39,294 nucleotides of DNA from positions 1 through 39,294 of the forward strand of contig NYYK01000002.1 of assembly GCA_002685895.1 (NCBI GenBank). The letters are read 5' to 3'. Below the pieces are notes generated by a model, which saw only the letters and a list, made by a program, of their open reading frames with translations, made no database searches and was not told the origin of the DNA. Position 1 is the first letter of the stretch; the number at the start of each line of letters is the position of its first letter. The DNA comes from Methanobacteriota archaeon. Lineage in GTDB: Archaea > Thermoplasmatota > Poseidoniia > Poseidoniales > Thalassarchaeaceae. This document shows positions 29,280 through 38,946 of this stretch, in pieces. The position numbers and the translations under genes are program-made.

Positions 29280-29477
29280 TCATTTTTCTTCTGCTACGGT
29301 ACATCCAGCAAATTCAGATGGATTGGTATTAAACTCAGTCCAATCGTCCGCATTTGCTATTAGAGGTCCTGCGACTTTTCTAACGTGCGCCGTTGCCTCA
29401 GGACATGGATGTTCATCTTCAATAGCTAATGCTTGAGCTAATTGTTCTGCCTGTGTTTCGTGTGAGTCGAGACCCAT
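29280..29477 (-). CDS. small acidic orphan ORF (65 aa) between subunits I and K
   Basis: co-oriented ATG ORF filling the gap, followed by an AAAAGTT-type array. Confidence 0.55.
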   Translation of the reverse strand: MGLDSHETQAEQLAQALAIEDEHPCPEATAHVRKVAGPLIANADDWTEFNTNPSEFAGCTVAEEK

Positions 29478-29492
29478 GAGATAGGGGGAGAA

Positions 29493-31418
29493 TTAGATAG
29501 AAGAACGTTTAAATGGACTAAACGCCTTGCCGCCACCTTCGAAGAATTGCGAGAAGAACTCGATAAACTGAAGACGACCGGAGTGTATGAAACTCCCAAG
29601 AGTGTTTAGTGCTATAGAAATTAAGTGTCCCATGCAAAAGATCAGAATGATCACGGGGACTGCTATAAAAATCGGGAAAAGTTTGCCAACTTCAACTGCA
29701 ACTTGATTCACCGCCATTGCAATTGCTCCTGTTACAAGTCCGAGCGCCAAGATCCTTAGGTAACTAAGAGTATTACTAAGCATTCCAATTGCAAAATTCA
29801 AAACTCCGATTGCACCCATCAATGGTCTAAGGAATAACTTGGTCCCGTGACCTTTGCCCCATGCAAGCATCAACAAACTTGCGTAAAAAATGTACTTAGC
29901 AATTGGCTTCAGGCTGACCGGTGCAAACACCATAAAGAGAATGGCTCCCAGCAGAATATGTGGAGTGAAATTCATCCAAAAAGCCTCCATTTTCTTTCCG
30001 TGAATCCACTTATGCAGACCCGCCAGGAACATTCCGTAAAAGAGGTGAGTGAGCCCTAAAAACAGTGACAAATTTTGAAGGAAGGTAATACCCGATTGGT
30101 CGTTTAAGTTCCAAATTTGGCCTTTAAACAACAACATACCATCAGCGTTAGTTTTGGTTAGAAATGCCGGAACCTGAGAAGGTGCAAATCCGAAGTAGCC
30201 TCCGAACGGGATGGAAACGATTATGGTTACGACGCCGCCAAGGAACAAAGTCCAAGCCAGTTTAGATTCACGCATCTTTAGTTTCTTCTTTAGGATTGCG
30301 ATTCCAAAAACAGTAGCTAGTACTGCTCCATACCCCGCGTCGGTCAAGCAAAGTGCAAAGTAAAGAGCGAAGAATGGCATAAGTGATACTGTTGGATCAA
30401 ATTCATGCTGAAGTGGAAGTCCGTAAAGTGTTGTTACACTTTCAAACGGAGTTACTCCTTTGGAATTCCATAGTGCAACAGGTACTTCTTCATCTTCATT
30501 GGGCTTTACCTTTAGAAGAGCGACAGCCGGGCCAACGTCTTGCAGTCTTTGTTCCAGTTTTGCAACTCTTTTCTTTGGAACCCATCCAAGAATGGTAGAA
30601 GTTTCCTCAGTTGAACTCATAGACTCGCGTGCTTCCTGTTTTTCATCCAGCCACATCATAAATTTTGCGACTTTAATCAAGTTTGGAAGTTCCACGCTCA
30701 GTCTTGCGCGTTCTTTTGCATTTTTATTGCGTACTTTCTGCATTTCTTTTGCATGCATCAGAGCTTGTTCGTGTAGTTCAGAAGCTTTCCCCTCCAATTT
30801 TGGAAGATCAACATTAGTCCATCCATATTTAATTGCTAATTCTTCGAATCGTGGAGCGTCATCTTTCCAAACGTGTGCAACACAGTAAATAATTCCTGTC
30901 TTATTATTAACTTCGCTAAGTTCCAGTTTAAGTTTGCCAAGCTCTTTGATCATTTCTGAAAGTTTCACTTTGGGAATAGATCCTTCAATGCGAATTGTAG
31001 TCTCCGAAGCGTTTGGAACATCCAGTGAATAGGGAAGGGCTCTCCAGGGATCAAGTACTTCTGCAATTTGCTGCGATTGCTTAATCTGTTTTTCCGCATC
31101 CGTGTCTTCTTCCTCCAGCTCATGCAATCTATCCACTATTCCTCTTACGTCTGTATGCTTTGAGGCGTGAATTATATCTCGCTCATTCGAGTATTTACCT
31201 GCAACAGCAAGAGTCTCCTTGGACGCGTAGTCTTTGAGAGTGGTAATTGCGAATTGGAGCTCCGCTGAGCGGAAATTGACCTCCGTATGATCTATTACGA
31301 CAGGGGAATCAGATTGAGTGATCTCCATCACCCCTTCCTTATGAAGAGATTCGATGAGTTGTTCTTTCGCAGACTCATGCGAGATAATGGCCACTTTTTG
31401 CATCTCAACGACTGCCAT
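29493..31418 (-). CDS. ntpI: V/A-type ATPase subunit I (a)
   Basis: DPT, D.GYG, LSYLRILALGL (essential Arg), H..RLQFIEFF..F..GGG..F.PF. Confidence 0.96.
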   Translation of the reverse strand: MAVVEMQKVAIISHESAKEQLIESLHKEGVMEITQSDSPVVIDHTEVNFRSAELQFAITTLKDYASKETLAVAGKYSNERDIIHASKHTDVRGIVDRLHELEEEDTDAEKQIKQSQQIAEVLDPWRALPYSLDVPNASETTIRIEGSIPKVKLSEMIKELGKLKLELSEVNNKTGIIYCVAHVWKDDAPRFEELAIKYGWTNVDLPKLEGKASELHEQALMHAKEMQKVRNKNAKERARLSVELPNLIKVAKFMMWLDEKQEARESMSSTEETSTILGWVPKKRVAKLEQRLQDVGPAVALLKVKPNEDEEVPVALWNSKGVTPFESVTTLYGLPLQHEFDPTVSLMPFFALYFALCLTDAGYGAVLATVFGIAILKKKLKMRESKLAWTLFLGGVVTIIVSIPFGGYFGFAPSQVPAFLTKTNADGMLLFKGQIWNLNDQSGITFLQNLSLFLGLTHLFYGMFLAGLHKWIHGKKMEAFWMNFTPHILLGAILFMVFAPVSLKPIAKYIFYASLLMLAWGKGHGTKLFLRPLMGAIGVLNFAIGMLSNTLSYLRILALGLVTGAIAMAVNQVAVEVGKLFPIFIAVPVIILIFCMGHLISIALNTLGSFIHSGRLQFIEFFSQFFEGGGKAFSPFKRSSI

Positions 31419-31490
31419 CTAATAGATTTGAAGAGTAAAAGAATACATTATTAAATGAATATTCATTAATTTGATTGGCTTTTCCGTATC

Positions 31491-31529
31491 TCCTCTCCCC
31501 CTCAGAAGGGGGAGAGGATGGGTGAGGGG
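31491..31529. repeat. GC-rich palindromic element
   Basis: tcctctcccc-ctcagaa-gggggagagga followed by tgggtgagggg. Confidence 0.7.
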
Positions 31530-31559
31530 TGCCTGTGCTGGCAATATCCATCCTCATAA

Positions 31560-31961
31560 TTATTTTTGAAGTTCTTTCAAGATGGGGGAATCGGGATTTG
31601 TCATATCAGAAACTAAATTGGCAACTATAACTCCTTTCTTTTGCTTCCAAGTTGCCCCTAGCTCTTTACATTCTTCTTCTGCCAGTTCTTGAGCTTCACC
31701 TAGGATTTGAGAGCATTTATCTGCTTTAAACTCCTTCAATTCCTCGTTTGCCTGCGATTTTAGCTCTTCTTCGGCTGTTGCGGTTTTGTCAGTCACAGCT
31801 TTCTCCACCTCGATTTTCTCCTTTTCCATGGCATCAATCTCTTTTTTTGTTCTTTCTGCCTCCTTTTTTTCCATTTCTGTTATCTTGTTAAAAGGGTCAG
31901 AGCCACCGGTACCGGCAGATCCTGATTTTTGGCTTTGTGAAGCGGATTTCTGTGGATTCAT
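31560..31961 (-). CDS. probable V/A-ATPase peripheral stalk subunit G/H
   Basis: highly charged coiled coil (KI.E.E..A) at the head of the operon. Confidence 0.65.
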   Translation of the reverse strand: MNPQKSASQSQKSGSAGTGGSDPFNKITEMEKKEAERTKKEIDAMEKEKIEVEKAVTDKTATAEEELKSQANEELKEFKADKCSQILGEAQELAEEECKELGATWKQKKGVIVANLVSDMTNPDSPILKELQK

Positions 31962-32026
31962 AGGCGTATATGTTAAAGCGGGCGGAATATACGTGTTTAC
32001 TATACATAAATCAAGGCTCTTAGACC

Positions 32027-32986
32027 CTATTTCCTTTTAACCCTCATAAATCCGGAGAATTCATGAACCTTGAGTTTTGGCTCATCCTTTGTCAATTTGT
32101 CGAGCATTAGGTTCAAACCGATGTTATCAGAGGCAATATGAGAACACTGAACGAAGTTGATATGGTGCTCTTTTGCCTTTTCGAGCGATTTTTCGGTCAC
32201 ATGCATCGTCAGGATAGTCCCGATTCCGGCTTTGGCCTGTTCCTCTATATACTCTTCCGGTCCGTTTGTTCCTCCCGTGAACTCAGTTGCAACCAGTTTG
32301 CCAACTCTCGAACTCTTAGATCCGTTTACCAATATTGGAGGATTGCCCAGTTTTGCGTAGGTTTTGTATTCGGGAATTTCAAGAAGCGCATTCAAGATCT
32401 CACCCAAGTTATCAAACTTCTTTTTACAAATTTTCTTTTCGACAAATTGATATACGAGGTTGTCTGCGGGTGTGTGGCAGCTGAAGAAGGGGAGGTCCAA
32501 AAACTCGGCAGCTTGCTGGCTCCTAAACAGATTGTCTGCATGAATTGCTCTCCAGATCTTCTCCATTCTCGGGCGCATAAGGGCATCAGCTCTATTTTCC
32601 GGTACTCCGTGTTGAGCCAATAGGTCAATTTGCATATCCATAACCTTATCCAAGTCAGCCAAGCCTCTCGCTTCCGGATGATGCGCCATTACAGCATCAA
32701 TCTTCTTGCCTTCTTTATTCATGCGATCAACCAGAAGAAGTTCGGGGGTTTCCACATCGATTCCGACAATTACTGATTTAACTTCTGCATCAGGTTTGTT
32801 ATAAATACGTGAATCTGCAAACGGATTCCACAGCCGTTCTTCATCAAAAAGCTCAGCTTCCTTCTTAGAAAGTTTCTTTTGTCTGGTCTTATATTTCATA
32901 AGAGCCTTTTCAACCTCTTTTTTGGAGCGGGGATCGGCTGCAATGCCGTGGGCGACTATTCTTTGTAAGAGTTTTGATAGTTTCAT
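32027..32986 (-). CDS. NIF3 / NGG1p-interacting factor family protein
   Basis: NPFADSR, VGID, AHHPE, HTPADN, MH, HIASDNIG.N. Confidence 0.85.
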   Translation of the reverse strand: MKLSKLLQRIVAHGIAADPRSKKEVEKALMKYKTRQKKLSKKEAELFDEERLWNPFADSRIYNKPDAEVKSVIVGIDVETPELLLVDRMNKEGKKIDAVMAHHPEARGLADLDKVMDMQIDLLAQHGVPENRADALMRPRMEKIWRAIHADNLFRSQQAAEFLDLPFFSCHTPADNLVYQFVEKKICKKKFDNLGEILNALLEIPEYKTYAKLGNPPILVNGSKSSRVGKLVATEFTGGTNGPEEYIEEQAKAGIGTILTMHVTEKSLEKAKEHHINFVQCSHIASDNIGLNLMLDKLTKDEPKLKVHEFSGFMRVKRK

Positions 32987-33041
32987 AGCCGATAAAGAGT
33001 ACATGGTTTAGGCTTATCTAGGCAAGGGAAGAGATATAATT

Positions 33042-33118
33042 AAAAGTGAAGAGTGAAAAGTGAAAAGTGTCACTTAAAAAGAACTTTTAACTATTCACTT
33101 TTAACTTTTAACTTCTAA
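33042..33118. repeat. inverted 7-bp arrays (AAAAGTG / TTTTAAC)
   Basis: aaaagtg aagagtg aaaagtg aaaagtg ... ttttaac tattcac ttttaac ttttaac. Confidence 0.88.
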
Positions 33119-33128
33119 GATATTCAAT

Positions 33129-33608
33129 ATGGTTGTAAATATCATATATACGACTTCAACGGGAAATACCGAACATGTTGTAGGAGTACTCCGCAAATCA
33201 CTGGAATCAAAAGGCATTAGTGTCAGTTCACAATTAGCTGAAGAATCAAAGTCGGAAGACCTTTTGGAAGGAGACGTCTTAATACTCGCTTGCGGAACAT
33301 GGAATACAGGAGGATCCGAAGGTCAGTTACACATTAGGATGGATGCGTTCTTGAATAGTAAATCTAAAGATGTTGATCTGGGTGGGAAACAAGTTGCGAT
33401 CATTGCACTTGGAGACGAGGAGTATTACTTCACAGGACGTGCAACGGAGCATCTGATTAGATTTGTAATGGAACATAATGGGAAATTGCTAGGATCTCCG
33501 CTTCTAATAATGAACGATCCCGAAGAACACGAAGAAAAAGTTTGTAAGTGGGGAGAAAGGGTAGTAGAACTCTCTTCAGTATGTCACGCATCAGCATCAA
33601 AATCGTAG
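33129..33608 (+). CDS. flavodoxin
   Basis: YTTSTGNTE FMN-phosphate loop, TWN.G, ALGD..Y..F-like motif. Confidence 0.9.
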   Translation: MVVNIIYTTSTGNTEHVVGVLRKSLESKGISVSSQLAEESKSEDLLEGDVLILACGTWNTGGSEGQLHIRMDAFLNSKSKDVDLGGKQVAIIALGDEEYYFTGRATEHLIRFVMEHNGKLLGSPLLIMNDPEEHEEKVCKWGERVVELSSVCHASASKS

Positions 33609-35323
33609 GCGCACAAGGCCAAGGAGTTAACTCTGTTGGCGAAATGTGTGCTAAGGGGCTTAAACGTGCAGGATATTGCGTATTCGGAGAGCGGGAGTAT
33701 ATGTCAGTTATAATGAATGGACACTCTTCATATCAGTTGGAGATTAGCAACGAAAAAGTCAGAAGCGCACAGGAAAAGTCAGACGTTTTGGTTACATTCA
33801 ATCATCACGGAATTAAAAATAATCTCAGAGATTTGATAGAAGGAGGGGTGTTGCTTCATCAAACTCCGCAATGGAAGTTCGGTGAAGAGGATCAGAAGTT
33901 TATTGATGCTAATTCAATCAAAGTGATTTATTTGCCGACGGAAGAGATTCTAAAAAAGTTAAATGCAAAACCTGTACTTGGAAATGTGCTCATTACATCA
34001 GTTGTCTGGTCATTGATTGGGCGAAGTTCAGACGAACTTAAGGAAATGGTCAGAGAAAGGTTTGGACACAAGAAGGATTTGTTGGAGTTGAACTTTAAGT
34101 GTATTGATGAGGGAACTCAACTGATTGAAATTGAGAAGCTGGTTTTGCCTGAACCTGACGATTGTTGGAAAAGTCAGTTACTGATAACGGGCAGCCAGGC
34201 AATGGGACTCGGTGCTATACATGCCGGGTGCAGAGCGCTATTCGGATATCCGATGACGCCGGCGTCGCCTCTTCTTACGTTCTTAGCTGATATACAGGGG
34301 GAATCAAAAATGCTTGTAAAACAGGCAGAGGACGAGATTACAGCTGTTCAGATGATGGTTGGAGCGATGCACGCGGGAACGCGTGCGATGACCGCAACGT
34401 CGGGGGGCGGCTATGATTTGATGACGGAAACGATCTCGTTGTGCGGGATCAGTGAGACTCCGGCAGTAATTGTATTAGCTCAACGCCCGGGTCCCGGAAC
34501 GGGACTCCCAACATGGACTGCCCAGGGAGATTTGCTTATGGCAGTTAGTGCCGGACATGGTGAATTCCCTCGCGTAGTTATGAGTGTAAGCGATGCGGAA
34601 GATTCATTTAGCTTAATGATGGATGCGTTTAATTATGCGGAAGAGTTCCAAATTCCGGTGACTGTTCTTACAGAGAAGCAAATAGCGGAGTCATTGTTTA
34701 CGATCGATGCGTTACAGGTGAGAGGTGACAGGTTACAGGTTAGGAGGGGGAGGTTAGTTGATGGTGATGGGCTTAAATTACTTAGAGCTTCTGACCGTTA
34801 TGACCCGGATGCGCCGGATGGCGTGAGCGCGAGATGGCTTCCGGGAAGCGATGCACCGACGTATTGCGCGCAAAGTTATGAACATAATGCGGATGGATCG
34901 TTCGATGAAAGCGGAGAAAATGCGACAGCTCAAATGGAAAAAAGAATGAAGAAGATGAAGGGGCTCAAGAGGGTGTTGCCGGAGCCAGAACTTTGGAAAG
35001 TTAATAGTGAAAAGTTAATAGTGAATAGTGACTTCTCCGGCGAAATAGATGTGTTGGTTGTGAGCTGGGGGAGTAATAAGAACGTCATTCTAGATTCCAT
35101 CAATGATGAGTCAGTTGCATATCTTCACTACACATATCTTTGGCCGCTTAAGACGGAGAAGTTAGTTGAACTTGCGGCAAAGGCGAAAAAGACTGTTCTT
35201 GTTGAAGGCAATGCTCAAGGACAGTTAGGTATGTTAATTAAGCAAGAGTGTGGACTTGAATTTGATGAGAGGGTCCTCAAGTTTGATGGGAGAGTTTCTG
35301 TTCCATTACAGCTAATTTCATGA
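33581..35323 (+). CDS. 2-oxoacid:acceptor oxidoreductase alpha subunit
   Basis: GAQGQG, GYPMTPAS, QAEDEI, TATSGGG, QRPGPGTGLPTWTAQGD. Confidence 0.95.
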   Translation: MSRISIKIVGAQGQGVNSVGEMCAKGLKRAGYCVFGEREYMSVIMNGHSSYQLEISNEKVRSAQEKSDVLVTFNHHGIKNNLRDLIEGGVLLHQTPQWKFGEEDQKFIDANSIKVIYLPTEEILKKLNAKPVLGNVLITSVVWSLIGRSSDELKEMVRERFGHKKDLLELNFKCIDEGTQLIEIEKLVLPEPDDCWKSQLLITGSQAMGLGAIHAGCRALFGYPMTPASPLLTFLADIQGESKMLVKQAEDEITAVQMMVGAMHAGTRAMTATSGGGYDLMTETISLCGISETPAVIVLAQRPGPGTGLPTWTAQGDLLMAVSAGHGEFPRVVMSVSDAEDSFSLMMDAFNYAEEFQIPVTVLTEKQIAESLFTIDALQVRGDRLQVRRGRLVDGDGLKLLRASDRYDPDAPDGVSARWLPGSDAPTYCAQSYEHNADGSFDESGENATAQMEKRMKKMKGLKRVLPEPELWKVNSEKLIVNSDFSGEIDVLVVSWGSNKNVILDSINDESVAYLHYTYLWPLKTEKLVELAAKAKKTVLVEGNAQGQLGMLIKQECGLEFDERVLKFDGRVSVPLQLIS

Positions 35324-36192
35324 ATCAGCCAAAAGAAAACGCAGGTCTTTCCATGAAGGATTACAACCACAATAATCTATGCACATGGTGCGATGGATGC
35401 GGGAATTATGGGATTCTGACTGCTATAAAAAGGGCTTTGATTGAGCTTGAATTAGCTCCTCATCAGGTCCTTATATGCTTCGACGTTGGATGCCATGGGA
35501 ATATGTCAGACACGTTAGTTGGTTACAGATTCCACGGTCTTCATGGTCGAGTCATCTCACTTGCCGCCGGAGCAGCTTTGGCAAATCCGGATGTTCCTGT
35601 AATTGCATTTGGAGGAGATGGTGCATGCTTCTCTGAGGGTGTCGGTCACTTGGTTCACGCAGTCAGATCAAACTACAACATGACATTCATACTCCATAAC
35701 AATGCTAACTATGGGCTTACAACGGGGCAGGCAAGTGCACTTACTCCACATGGAGAAAAAATGAATACAGCACCTCACGGAACAGTAGAGGAGTTGCTTA
35801 ATAGCATGGACTTTGTATTTTCATTGAATCCAAGCTTCGTTGCGCGGGGAACAAGCGGGAACATAAAGCAATTAACTGATATCATCAAAGCTGGAATCAA
35901 TCATCAGGGTTTCTCTTACATTGATGTCCTGCAAGCGTGTCCGACTTACAACAAGTTCGCGACGCATGAGTACTTGCTAGGAAAATGTTATGAAGTTGAA
36001 ACTTCAGATTTCGAAACTGCAAGAAAGGCTGCAGTAGATACATCGGAAAAAATCGCGACAGGAGTTTTGTATCAGGATAAAACAAGGTCTACTTTCTTGG
36101 ATCAGTTGGAAGCTAGAAAGGGGATAGACACTAGGCTTGTCGATGAAGTCAGGAAAGTCGATGTTAGTGCTTTATTGGCAAAATTTTCTTGA
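35320..36192 (+). CDS. 2-oxoacid:acceptor oxidoreductase beta subunit (TPP binding)
   Basis: WCDGCG, GC, LHGR, GGDG, N..YGLT.GQAS, LQ.C.T. Confidence 0.95.
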   Translation: MNQPKENAGLSMKDYNHNNLCTWCDGCGNYGILTAIKRALIELELAPHQVLICFDVGCHGNMSDTLVGYRFHGLHGRVISLAAGAALANPDVPVIAFGGDGACFSEGVGHLVHAVRSNYNMTFILHNNANYGLTTGQASALTPHGEKMNTAPHGTVEELLNSMDFVFSLNPSFVARGTSGNIKQLTDIIKAGINHQGFSYIDVLQACPTYNKFATHEYLLGKCYEVETSDFETARKAAVDTSEKIATGVLYQDKTRSTFLDQLEARKGIDTRLVDEVRKVDVSALLAKFS

Positions 36193-37081
36193 AAAGCTTG
36201 AGTGCCAATAGTGGATGCTTGAAAGCATGAAAGACCATCCTCAAGATCTGTATAACAAAGGCAAAAATCGCAGTCACTCTGGTCAGGACCGACCCCTTTT
36301 TGATGAATCTGGAAATAATCTCTAACCTATCGAAAATTCCTCTTCCATCTACTCTGTTTTGAGCAGTTGCCGCGCCGCCGTGCACACGAAATTGGCCTAA
36401 GTTTTTGGTCTCGTTATAAAGGTCAGTAATCTCCAGCATCCTGACCCAATACTCAGTGTCCAGTAACTGCTTCATCGTGGGGTGGAAAGGTCCCGCCTGC
36501 GCACTTCGTGCTTCGGCGGGCAGGCCTGCAAGTTCCATCTCGCCTCTGCTCATAACAACAAAGTCCGGTTCTCCGACTAGGTTTGGCCAGAAACTTCGGC
36601 GCAACCATTTCTTAAGGAACTTATCTCCGTCAATTATGCCTGACGGAAATCTTTTTTTCTTTATCCTCAATAATCTTTTAAAACATCTCTTCGATCCGCT
36701 CGTATCTTCAAACTTGTATTCATGCCCCATCGCAACAAGTCCAACGCCGGTATTATCATTCATAATATTCACAGCAGTTTCCAGATAATCGGGAGTCCAT
36801 AGATCATCCTGAAAAAGATATGCAATAATTGGAGCTGAAGTCGCATTAAAACATGCGTTCCAGTTGCCTCCTATACCTAATCTCTCAGGCGATTTTTTGA
36901 AAGTGATTCGTTCATCAGACAAAAAAGGTTTAACAATCGACGCCGTATCTCCATCAGACGGATCCTCATGAATAAATGCTTTCCAGTTCGTAAAAGTTTG
37001 GGCCTGGAGGGACTCCAAAGCCTCCTTAAGAAACCTTGGGTCGGGATTGTACGTTGGAATCAGAACGTCGACTGAGGACAT
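36164..37081 (-). CDS. family 2 glycosyltransferase
   Basis: VLIPTYN, SLQAQTF, NWN.C, QDD, FRVH. Confidence 0.9.
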   Translation of the reverse strand: MSSVDVLIPTYNPDPRFLKEALESLQAQTFTNWKAFIHEDPSDGDTASIVKPFLSDERITFKKSPERLGIGGNWNACFNATSAPIIAYLFQDDLWTPDYLETAVNIMNDNTGVGLVAMGHEYKFEDTSGSKRCFKRLLRIKKKRFPSGIIDGDKFLKKWLRRSFWPNLVGEPDFVVMSRGEMELAGLPAEARSAQAGPFHPTMKQLLDTEYWVRMLEITDLYNETKNLGQFRVHGGAATAQNRVDGRGIFDRLEIISRFIKKGSVLTRVTAIFAFVIQILRMVFHAFKHPLLALKLFKKILPIKH

Positions 37082-37095
37082 GAATTAATTGTATA

Positions 37096-37127
37096 CGTTA
37101 ATTCGTTAATTCGTTAATTCGTTTATC
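37096..37127 (+). repeat. 8-bp tandem array (CGTTAATT) x3-4
   Basis: cgttaatt cgttaatt cgttaatt cgtttatc. Confidence 0.85.
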
Positions 37128-37247
37128 TAATTATTAGTTCAAGTTATATCTATAAGGAACCTTTCGCGCGAATGGTAGACTAATGACTATCGGAAATATA
37201 TTGCATAAACACGTGCTGAAGCTAAAAATTTATATATAATCACCGGG

Positions 37248-37898
37248 ATGAGAATCGACGTAATCACACTTTTTCCGGATATGTTTAAGGGGCCTCTTAC
37301 AGAGAGCATCCTCGACAGAGCTCAAAAAATGGAGCTATTGGAGCTTGAATTTAATGATCTGAGGGAATTTGGGACAGGGAATTATAAGCAGGTTGATGAT
37401 AGCCCGTATGGCGGTGGAGCGGGGATGGTGATGACTGCGCCGGTCCTTGTGGATGCGATAGAGAAGGTCAAAGGTGAGGGGGATCCATATGTAATATATC
37501 TGTCTCCGCGTGGTGAAAGGCTCACTCAAGAGAAAGTTGAAGGGTTAGCTAAGAATCATGAATGGTTAATCTTAGTCTGTGGTAGATATGAGGGAATAGA
37601 TCAGCGTGTAATTGATGGTGGATGGATTGATGAGGAGATTTCAATCGGAGATTATGTGCTTACGGGCGGGGAATTGCCTGCTGCGGTTTTGATTGATGCG
37701 GTTGCGAGGCAGATTCCCGGAGTTCTTGGTAAAGACGAGTCAGCTGAGGAGGAAAGTTTTTCGGAAAGCTTAGATAGAAAAAGGGAGTACCCGCATTACA
37801 CCAGACCGGAGGAGTTTAAGGGACTTAAAGTTCCTGATGTTTTGCTTGGGGGGAATCACGGGGAGATTGATAAGTGGAGAAAAGAAAACTGTAAGTAA
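37248..37898 (+). CDS. trmD: tRNA (guanine-N1)-methyltransferase
   Basis: VDDSPYGGGAGM, CGRYEGIDQR, SIGDYVLTGGE, YPHYTRP. Confidence 0.98.
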   Translation: MRIDVITLFPDMFKGPLTESILDRAQKMELLELEFNDLREFGTGNYKQVDDSPYGGGAGMVMTAPVLVDAIEKVKGEGDPYVIYLSPRGERLTQEKVEGLAKNHEWLILVCGRYEGIDQRVIDGGWIDEEISIGDYVLTGGELPAAVLIDAVARQIPGVLGKDESAEEESFSESLDRKREYPHYTRPEEFKGLKVPDVLLGGNHGEIDKWRKENCK

Positions 37899-37930
37899 AT
37901 TGACAATTTACAATTGACAGTTGACAATTC
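37897..37930 (+). repeat. 7-bp array (ATTGACA)
   Basis: attgaca atttaca attgaca gttgaca immediately after the trmD stop. Confidence 0.8.
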
Positions 37931-37936
37931 GCAGGC

Positions 37937-38203
37937 ATGCTTCAGAAATTTCATCAGGAATTAAATGAATCAGGCTCAGTTCATTTTACGGTTCGCGCTG
38001 TTCCAAATGCTGCGGAGTCAAAGATTCTCGAAGTTATGGATGATGAGAGTATCAAGATTGCAGTAAATGCTCAGCCGGAGAAGGGGAAGGCGAACAAAGA
38101 ATTGGTCAAATTTATTGCAAATGAGTTCAGTGTAAAAAAGTCGGACGTATCCATACTTTCTGGTGAATTTGCGCGAATAAAGATAGTAAAAGTCAGTTCA
38201 TAA
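37937..38203 (+). CDS. DUF167 (YggU/UPF0235) protein
   Basis: V.A.PNA, A.PEKGKAN.EL, I.SG..AR.K. Confidence 0.9.
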   Translation: MLQKFHQELNESGSVHFTVRAVPNAAESKILEVMDDESIKIAVNAQPEKGKANKELVKFIANEFSVKKSDVSILSGEFARIKIVKVSS

Positions 38204-38204
38204 T

Positions 38205-38903
38205 TCACCTAAGTTTTTCTTCGATCGTACCCTTAAGATCGGCATAGTAAGGGAGTCCAACGAATTTTTCTCCGTTTATAAAGTAAGTTGGTACCAGAGT
38301 TACATCCAGGCTCTTGCTCCAAGCTTTTTGTTGCTTGAGGATGATTCCAATCTCTTCGCTTGTCATGCATTCGTTGAATTTCTTCATATCAAGTCCAAGC
38401 TCAGTTGCATAATGCTCAGGTTCCAATCTTTCTGCATCCAGTTTTTCCGAAAGGATCTGATGCATTGCCATTCCTTTGGACTGTATTGCGGAGCAGATGA
38501 GTCCTATCGCCGCATTTTGCGATCCGGGATATTTTTTGAGGGGAAGTATGGCTATCTGGAATCTGAGTATTCCTTCCTCAATAAAGTCAGAATATAGTCT
38601 GGGGAAAATATCCAGCTGAAAGTCGCGCGCATATTTTGCGTGGTGTTCAGTAAAAAGGAGGAGGGTAACCGGTGTATCGCGTCTGCCGATATCAATCACA
38701 CCCGTGGCAAGTAAACGCTCAGAAAGCGCTCCAGTTCCAGAAATAAGTTCTTCAATATCAATTGAGGCGATTTCTTCCACCCGTTCTTCTGGCATCATAG
38801 GTGGTGGATCTTCGGTTTTTTCGACCGGAGTGGCCCTTTCAGGCACTTGTATGCAGGCGAATAGGGTTAGGGTGAGGGCGAGGGTTAGAAGTCGAAAGCT
38901 CAT
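38205..38903 (-). CDS. DsbA/thioredoxin-fold lipoprotein lacking CxxC
   Basis: lipobox LFAC; G...PVTL..F, F..C, V..VPTYFING; CxxC position reads HAKY. Confidence 0.75.
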   Translation of the reverse strand: MSFRLLTLALTLTLFACIQVPERATPVEKTEDPPPMMPEERVEEIASIDIEELISGTGALSERLLATGVIDIGRRDTPVTLLLFTEHHAKYARDFQLDIFPRLYSDFIEEGILRFQIAILPLKKYPGSQNAAIGLICSAIQSKGMAMHQILSEKLDAERLEPEHYATELGLDMKKFNECMTSEEIGIILKQQKAWSKSLDVTLVPTYFINGEKFVGLPYYADLKGTIEEKLR

Positions 38904-38946
38904 GTTTGTATGTTAGCAGATTGTTAATTAACGGTATCATATAAGT

